Assembly (NCBI GenBank): GCA_964481835.1
Contig: CAYZTT010000002.1
Span: 7,533-71,532 of the forward strand
Length of the DNA stretch: 64,000 nt
Origin: Candidatus Woesearchaeota archaeon
Lineage (GTDB): Archaea; Nanobdellota; Nanobdellia; SCGC-AAA011-G17; PNOQ01
Direction of reading: 5' to 3'
The notes below the pieces were generated by a model. That model was not told the origin of the DNA. It saw nothing but the letters and a program-made list of their open reading frames with translations, and did no database searches. Shown in pieces: positions 58,510 through 64,000 of this stretch. Within the stretch, counting starts at the first letter, position 1; each line of letters opens with the position of its first letter. The position numbers and the translations under genes were made by a program.

Positions 58510-59249
58510 TTTTTAAATAAATTCTGATAATTCATAAAAATTATTTTTTCTAATTCTTCTTCTGTTATTTCCTTTATCTCTGCAACCTTCTTTATTGTTT
58601 CTTTTATGAAAGAGGGTTCATTTCTCTTTCCTTCATATGGAGACAAGAATGGTGCATCGGTTTCAGTGAGTATTGATTTTAGTTGTATTCTTTTTGCCAA
58701 TTTCCTAAAAGTTTTACTTTTTACGATGGAGGGAGGTATTGAAAATAAGTATCCAAGAGATTCTGCCTCTTCAATTAGGGTTGCGTTCCCACAAAAACAA
58801 TGCATTATGACTTTTTCTGCTTTGTTTTCTTTTAGAAACTCTATTGTTTCTTTTTCAGCCTTCCATGAGTGAACAATTAATGGAATATCCAATTTTTTTG
58901 AAATGTCTATAAGTCTCTTTAAAACTTCTTTTTGTTTTTCTATATTTTTGCCATGTTTTAAATCCAAGCCCACTTCCCCAATTGCCACCGGATTATTTTT
59001 TTCTATGAATTCTAGTGTCTCTTCTATTTCTTTTTTAGACATCTCTTCGGCCTCTGAAGGATAAATTCCGTATGCGGGCTTCACTATATCATATTTTTCT
59101 GCCAATCCCTGCACCATTTTGTTCTTTTCGAGATTTGTTCCATTTGAGATTATTACTTTCACATTATTTTTTTTAGCTCTTGCTATTACTTCGTCCCGAT
59201 CTTCATCAAATTGTTCAAAATCTAGGTGGCAATGTACATCTATTATCAT
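58506..59249 (-). CDS. tatD: TatD-family metal-dependent hydrolase/DNase
   Basis: MIIDVHCHLD N-terminus; conserved His/Glu/Asp positions. Confidence 0.85.
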   Translation of the reverse strand: MIIDVHCHLDFEQFDEDRDEVIARAKKNNVKVIISNGTNLEKNKMVQGLAEKYDIVKPAYGIYPSEAEEMSKKEIEETLEFIEKNNPVAIGEVGLDLKHGKNIEKQKEVLKRLIDISKKLDIPLIVHSWKAEKETIEFLKENKAEKVIMHCFCGNATLIEEAESLGYLFSIPPSIVKSKTFRKLAKRIQLKSILTETDAPFLSPYEGKRNEPSFIKETIKKVAEIKEITEEELEKIIFMNYQNLFKK

Positions 59250-59267
59250 ATCTAAAAGAGAAATTTT

Positions 59268-61808
59268 TTGTTTATAAAGTTAAGGAAAATGGAAATTTAT
59301 TTAAATGAGAATTTTAAGTTTCTTTATATGAATAAGAGAGGTGTTAGAGCGATATATATTACTGGGGCCTTAGTAATTGCCCTGCTTTCTTTGAGTTTTG
59401 GGATGGTTATTTTAACAGGCGGAGAATATCTTCCGGATACCATTCGAGAAATCTTTGTTACTATAGGAGTTTTGCCTCCCGATGTAGCTATTCAGATTAA
59501 TAATTTTGGTTTTGATTGTGAAGGTTCTGATGCAAGATTTGCGGTGTTAGTTGAGAATATTGGAGGCCTTCCGATAAGTGGTTTTGTTGCAGTAATTAAT
59601 TCTGAGAATGGGCAGCAGGAAATTGAAAAAGAACAAGAGATATTATCTAGTCGTGAAACTTGGGTTGACTTCTTTGGATTAGATTGTACTCAAGGAGATT
59701 TTGTTGATGCAGTTATTACCCCCAAAATAATGATCGATGGTCACAGTGTAGTTTACAATGGTAGCTCTACAAATACTTCCTCTTCCGGCAGCAGTGGTGG
59801 CGGAGGAGGGGGAGGCGGAGGAGATGATGATTCTGGAGATGACGATCCTCCATTTGTTTGGGAACCAGGGCGCCCAACCTGCGAATATAATTGTGAATAT
59901 GATAGATTATTACTGGCTCCAATGGTCCAGGATGGAGAAGACCCCTTTGGACATAATGATTTTGCATTCTTCCAAGACCAGGATAATATATACCACCTAA
60001 TCACAATAAAATCCAAGAGATGTACAAGTGACGAGGAGTGTGACGGCCCTTGCTCAAATAATTATTGCCGGCCCTATGATACAATGAGTGAAAATGAGTT
60101 TGTCCACTATACTTCATCAAATGCTGCAGACTGGACTAGACAAGAGGATGTAATTCATAAAGAAGAAACTGGTCCAGATAGCTTAAGTGTTTGGGCCCCC
60201 CACGTTTACTATAATGAGGGGGATGAGATTTACTATATGTACTATACAGGTGTATCTCTTGAGCCGTGTGATAACGGGGACCCCGGATGCGAGTATTATG
60301 CCCAAAGGATACTTCTTGCAACTAATGACGGAACAGATTTGAATAATCCTGACAATTGGGTTAAACAAGGAATGGCAATGGAATGTGATGGTCCATTTTC
60401 TTCTTGGAATGATGATGATAGCCTGCATGCAAGTCCGCAATGGAAGAAATCTTGTAGGGACCCAATGGTCAGAAGATATAATTCAACCCATTGGATAATG
60501 TATGTACATAGCTCCTTGTCTGTCGCCACTTTCCCTTCAGAAAGGAATGCGATTACATATGGTTTCTCTGAAGACCTAATTAACTGGGAGCATTATGCCT
60601 ATATCCCAGACACAAGAGAGGGGGGAGCTAGCTGTTCTGAAGGTCCGCATGTTTTTGAGGGCAACAATGAAAAGTTTTATTTACATTATACCTGTGGACC
60701 TACTTGGTGGGGCGACGAGGTAATCGATAATGAAACTGTTTTGACTAGTACTATTAATTTCGATGATCCAAGTGAATTCTTGTATGTTAATAACCCCGCA
60801 TTAGTTGATGGGCCACATTTGGTTAGGGTGCATAGAGTTAATTCAGCAAGTGATAGGGCCTTGGAGTTTGATATGTACGAAATTAATGATACAACAAATG
60901 ATTTAATGGATTTAAAGAGGCCAGATGGGATCCAGCCACTTTGTTTGGGCTGCAGTCCCCAACCAAACTTAATGGAGATTGGTTTTAGCTGCGATGTTGC
61001 TCAAGATTGTTCTTTAGATTTAACTGGGTGTGCAGATTATTCTGGGGAACCAGTTAATGACGGGAGTATGTGTTGTGATATTCTAACCCCCGCTCTCCCA
61101 GAAGAATATTGTTGCTTATACACTGGAGAGGGAGATATATTGAATAACGAGGTCCCTGTCTGTATGGATGTTTGCCCCGAACCAAGTCAAGATAAATACA
61201 ATCTATGCAGCGAGGTAGATAATCATTGTATGTGCGATGTCCTATGCTCTCCTGGATCAGGTGTTGCCTGCAGTACTGGCTTGCCCGGATATTGTTCTAC
61301 TGGATTCAAGACTTGTCTGGATGATGGTTCGGACTATGGAGAGTGTATCCCATGGACTCAGCCCGGAGAGTATCCCGAATTCTGTGAAGATCCAGGAGGA
61401 TATGATGAAGATTGTGATGGGTTTAGTAATGAAAATGATCCCGATTGTGATCCCGCTACTTGTACTATAGTGGGTGCATATTGGGGGGATGATATTAATA
61501 ATGATTATGCGGTTGAAGGAGATCGAATCAATTTAGTGGTGAACGGAGAGGGGTGTGACGGGATGAGATTGAATTATGAATTCTGGGAATATGACCCTAC
61601 AAATGATGATGATCCCCTGGCAGTTTCAAGTATGCCTTATAGTCCAATGTTTTATGATGGTATTGCGGCTACTTCATGGGCAACAGAATGGTTCCTAGAC
61701 GATGATGGCAGTGATCAAGATCCGGAGATTAAGTTTGTTGCGCTATTAAATTTAGATCCAACGAAAACTTATACTTCAGAAGACTTTGTTGAAGTTTCAC
61801 AACCTTAA
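59268..61808 (+). CDS. large secreted protein: poly-Gly/Asp linker, GH43-like five-bladed beta-propeller segment, Cys-rich C-terminal modules
   Basis: N-terminal TM/signal; SSGSSGGGGGGGGGDDDSGDDD; WAPHVYYNEGDEIYYMYYTG and GPHVFEGNNEKFYLHYT (GH43-like); about 45 Cys in the last 300 aa. Confidence 0.6.
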   Translation: MFIKLRKMEIYLNENFKFLYMNKRGVRAIYITGALVIALLSLSFGMVILTGGEYLPDTIREIFVTIGVLPPDVAIQINNFGFDCEGSDARFAVLVENIGGLPISGFVAVINSENGQQEIEKEQEILSSRETWVDFFGLDCTQGDFVDAVITPKIMIDGHSVVYNGSSTNTSSSGSSGGGGGGGGGDDDSGDDDPPFVWEPGRPTCEYNCEYDRLLLAPMVQDGEDPFGHNDFAFFQDQDNIYHLITIKSKRCTSDEECDGPCSNNYCRPYDTMSENEFVHYTSSNAADWTRQEDVIHKEETGPDSLSVWAPHVYYNEGDEIYYMYYTGVSLEPCDNGDPGCEYYAQRILLATNDGTDLNNPDNWVKQGMAMECDGPFSSWNDDDSLHASPQWKKSCRDPMVRRYNSTHWIMYVHSSLSVATFPSERNAITYGFSEDLINWEHYAYIPDTREGGASCSEGPHVFEGNNEKFYLHYTCGPTWWGDEVIDNETVLTSTINFDDPSEFLYVNNPALVDGPHLVRVHRVNSASDRALEFDMYEINDTTNDLMDLKRPDGIQPLCLGCSPQPNLMEIGFSCDVAQDCSLDLTGCADYSGEPVNDGSMCCDILTPALPEEYCCLYTGEGDILNNEVPVCMDVCPEPSQDKYNLCSEVDNHCMCDVLCSPGSGVACSTGLPGYCSTGFKTCLDDGSDYGECIPWTQPGEYPEFCEDPGGYDEDCDGFSNENDPDCDPATCTIVGAYWGDDINNDYAVEGDRINLVVNGEGCDGMRLNYEFWEYDPTNDDDPLAVSSMPYSPMFYDGIAATSWATEWFLDDDGSDQDPEIKFVALLNLDPTKTYTSEDFVEVSQP

Positions 61809-61813
61809 TTTTT

Positions 61814-63031
61814 TTAGATAAAAGAATTAATTAATGGGGCAATTAAAGTATTATATAGTTGAGGTAAGATGAGTGCCAAGAGAACCATTATTAAAATTAT
61901 GTTAGTATATTTCCATATTCTATTTGTCAGTTTTTCATTTTTTGTGAAGTGGAGGATTGCTAAATAAAACATCTTTCCTCCATCTAAGATTCCTAGTGGA
62001 AGTAAGTTGAACATTCCAACTCCTAAGTTAATTAGGAATAGCCATGAAAATAGTAGTGTCAACCAAATGAATGCTTTGATTCCAAAGGCCCCATATTTGG
62101 CCTCTATCTCCGGGTTGTATATTTGCTCCTTGGGCGATAAAAAAATCCCCATATGGCCCTTAGATGAATCCTCCGAAGATTCTGTAAGGGTAACATAATA
62201 TGTAGATGATTCTGTTTGTATTGATATCTTTTCATAGGGGATGTATTGATCCATCTCTGCCTTAAATTGATCAATATTTTCCACAGGGATATCGTTGATT
62301 GCAATTATGGATTCATTTATTTGCATGCTGGCCAGCTCTGCAGGACCACCTTCTTCCATCCCAGCAACCATTATGCCTGAAGTTTCAATCATATTCGCCG
62401 CCGCAGGCCCCAGAAGAAATCCGAAAATTAAGAAGGCCGCAATTGCTGTAAGGAAATTTGCAAAAGATCCGGCAGCAAGAACAGATAACTGTGCTTTTTT
62501 TGGAGCTTTGGCCATAGATTTCTCATCTGGCTCAACAAATGCTGCCGGCACAACTGGGAGTATTATTCCTAAAAGCGCAAATCCTGATGACTTTACTTTT
62601 ATTTTATTTAATCTTGCAAATACTCCGTGTGAAAATTCATGAACCGATGCAAGCACAAATATGGATATTATCCAGTGCCAGAAAGATAACTTGGGTAGCC
62701 CGGGGACAGTTTCCACGCCAGGAAGAACCAAACCGACTGGAGAGGGTGCGTTGAAAAATATAACATCATAAAGCCCCTTGAATAAGAAGAAAGTGATAAA
62801 TGCCATTCCGATGTAGCCAATGCCAATTGAAATGTAACTAAGAACTGTTAATGTTTTGGGAAATCGCTTGGCGAGTCTATCCATATTAGATAGGCCTAAT
62901 TTTGTTCTATAGATAATCATGTAAAGGAAAGGAAAGACGATTTTTTGGAATTCGGTCCTTTTTCGATTAAGGAGCATTATGCCCAGGACTACCAAACCAA
63001 AGATTACTAAAAATAATAGATCATAATTCAT
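61814..63031 (-). CDS. site-2 protease (M50) with PDZ domain
   Basis: HEFSHGVFA; LPLGILDGG; central PDZ-like segment. Confidence 0.75.
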   Translation of the reverse strand: MNYDLLFLVIFGLVVLGIMLLNRKRTEFQKIVFPFLYMIIYRTKLGLSNMDRLAKRFPKTLTVLSYISIGIGYIGMAFITFFLFKGLYDVIFFNAPSPVGLVLPGVETVPGLPKLSFWHWIISIFVLASVHEFSHGVFARLNKIKVKSSGFALLGIILPVVPAAFVEPDEKSMAKAPKKAQLSVLAAGSFANFLTAIAAFLIFGFLLGPAAANMIETSGIMVAGMEEGGPAELASMQINESIIAINDIPVENIDQFKAEMDQYIPYEKISIQTESSTYYVTLTESSEDSSKGHMGIFLSPKEQIYNPEIEAKYGAFGIKAFIWLTLLFSWLFLINLGVGMFNLLPLGILDGGKMFYLAILHFTKNEKLTNRIWKYTNIILIMVLLALILPQLYNTLIAPLINSFI

Positions 63032-63032
63032 C

Positions 63033-63200
63033 TTATTTTGCTTTTCTCAGTGTTCTGAAAGCTTTACCACCACATTTTTTGCAAAGTATTTTGCCTTCTA
63101 ATACTTTCTGCATAGTCGACCTTTGTTTTGACTTACATTTCTTACAAACAAATACGTTTGTGAACATCCGCTTGTGTGCTTCAGGAAATTTTTGTGCCAT
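63033..63200 (-). CDS. rpl40e: ribosomal protein L40e (55 aa; absent from the ORF track because under 60 aa)
   Basis: MAQKFPEAHKRMF ... CKKC ... CKKCGG zinc ribbon resembling L40e; 1-nt gap to the flanking genes. Confidence 0.55.
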   Translation of the reverse strand: MAQKFPEAHKRMFTNVFVCKKCKSKQRSTMQKVLEGKILCKKCGGKAFRTLRKAK

Positions 63201-63201
63201 T

Positions 63202-63588
63202 TTATTTTTGTTTTAGTACTTTTTCTCCCATTATTATCCAATAGTTTACTTGATCACCATCTTTTACTTGGCCTTTCATATCGTTTGGAATTTTTAGGTC
63301 GAACGTTTCGTATGATTTCATATCCATAACGTTTGCTGAATCTCCAGATATAGAGAGCACCTGGGCAGTTTCCTTCTCAATTATTGGTACTTCAACCTTA
63401 TCATGTGCAGGATAGAGTTTTACTTTTTTTACTCCATCTGTTAATGATATCGCTTGTATCCTTGCTTTTGCATGCCCGTGTTTCCCCGTCCTCGATATAT
63501 CGATTGATGAAACCTTGCAAGCAACGTTATCAAATATTACATAACCACCAACTTTTAGGCTAGAAGCGTTTACTACTTTTTTATCCAT
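63202..63588 (-). CDS. eif5a: translation initiation factor 5A
   Basis: hypusine loop STGKHGHAK. Confidence 0.85.
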   Translation of the reverse strand: MDKKVVNASSLKVGGYVIFDNVACKVSSIDISRTGKHGHAKARIQAISLTDGVKKVKLYPAHDKVEVPIIEKETAQVLSISGDSANVMDMKSYETFDLKIPNDMKGQVKDGDQVNYWIIMGEKVLKQK

Positions 63589-63628
63589 GTTAAGAAAGAG
63601 AAAAAAAGTATTTTATAAAGTTTTTGTT

Positions 63629-63919
63629 TTAAAACTTCTTTAGAGTATCTATCAGTTTGTTTAACTCTGTGATTTCTTTTTTAGATTTTGTGTGCTTTCT
63701 CTTCGATTCTAGTAGATCTGTGAGAATGGATTCCAGGTATTTTATCCTTACTTTTGATTCTTGTAGATCCTTTGATAGCTGAGAAATTGCTATCCAGAGC
63801 TGTGCAGTTTTTTTGTCATCTGCTAGATCGATGGTTTCTTTGTGCTCTGCAGATTTTCTTATTGCCTTCTCTAAATGCAGTTTTAGTGGTGGTTTTACGT
63901 TTGCCCTCCAATTTGCCAT
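63629..63919 (-). CDS. small coiled-coil protein (96 aa)
   Basis: ORF only. Confidence 0.35.
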   Translation of the reverse strand: MANWRANVKPPLKLHLEKAIRKSAEHKETIDLADDKKTAQLWIAISQLSKDLQESKVRIKYLESILTDLLESKRKHTKSKKEITELNKLIDTLKKF

Positions 63920-64000
63920 AAAAAGGTGAATCTTTAGAAACTTATATAGTTTTTTGATAAGGTAAACTTTAAATAAACTAACTCTTCTCAGATTTTATGG

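Noticed and set aside
59753-60016. Three overlapping antisense or alternate-frame ORFs across the poly-Gly codon run
   Set aside because: Generated by the GGN/GGA repeat encoding the Gly linker of the 846-aa protein.
1-64000. CRISPR arrays, rRNA genes, IS elements or transposases, integrases
   Set aside because: No regularly spaced direct repeats, no rRNA-like conserved stretches and no transposase or integrase-like ORFs were found on either strand.

Overview
Visibly AT-rich archaeal chromosomal segment, most likely from a small-genome DPANN-type archaeon.

Archaeal hallmarks:
- ribosomal proteins L15e, L40e and an L1-L10(P0)-L12(P1) cluster
- aIF5A with an intact hypusine loop
- TFE, Orc1/Cdc6 and the wyosine enzyme Taw1
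- three tRNAs (Arg-TCG, Arg-TCT, Cys-GCA), ending in oligo-T tracts

The window is dominated by housekeeping genes. Six aminoacyl-tRNA synthetases are present: CysRS, AspRS, AsnRS, ProRS, a short AlaRS and a bacterial-type LeuRS. Also present are an XPD/Rad3-like FeS helicase, a TldD peptidase, TatD, a DHH phosphoesterase and transporters (ABC exporter, MacB/FtsX-type ABC, P-type ATPase, amino-acid permease).

There are many secreted or surface-anchored proteins: a transglutaminase-like protein, a beta-helix protein, a vWA protein, a dockerin-like protein, acidic anchored proteins and a large GH43-like Cys-rich protein.

No CRISPR array, rRNA or recognisable IS/transposase was seen.

Observations worth follow-up:
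1. An ArmA/Kgm/FmrO-family 16S rRNA methyltransferase homolog co-operonic with cysS.
2. Three GC-enriched islands in an AT-rich background; one island encodes a protein with a bacterial sigma-70 region-4-like HTH. A fourth GC-rich stretch (52560-53110) is probably non-coding.
3. A recurring GTAGTAAC(A)AAA motif upstream of at least five unrelated genes.
4. A 34-bp perfect direct repeat duplicating the XPD 3' end and bracketing an inserted surface-protein gene.
5. A tRNA-adjacent cluster of C-terminally anchored surface proteins plus a MacB-like ABC transporter and a small archaeosortase-like membrane protein.
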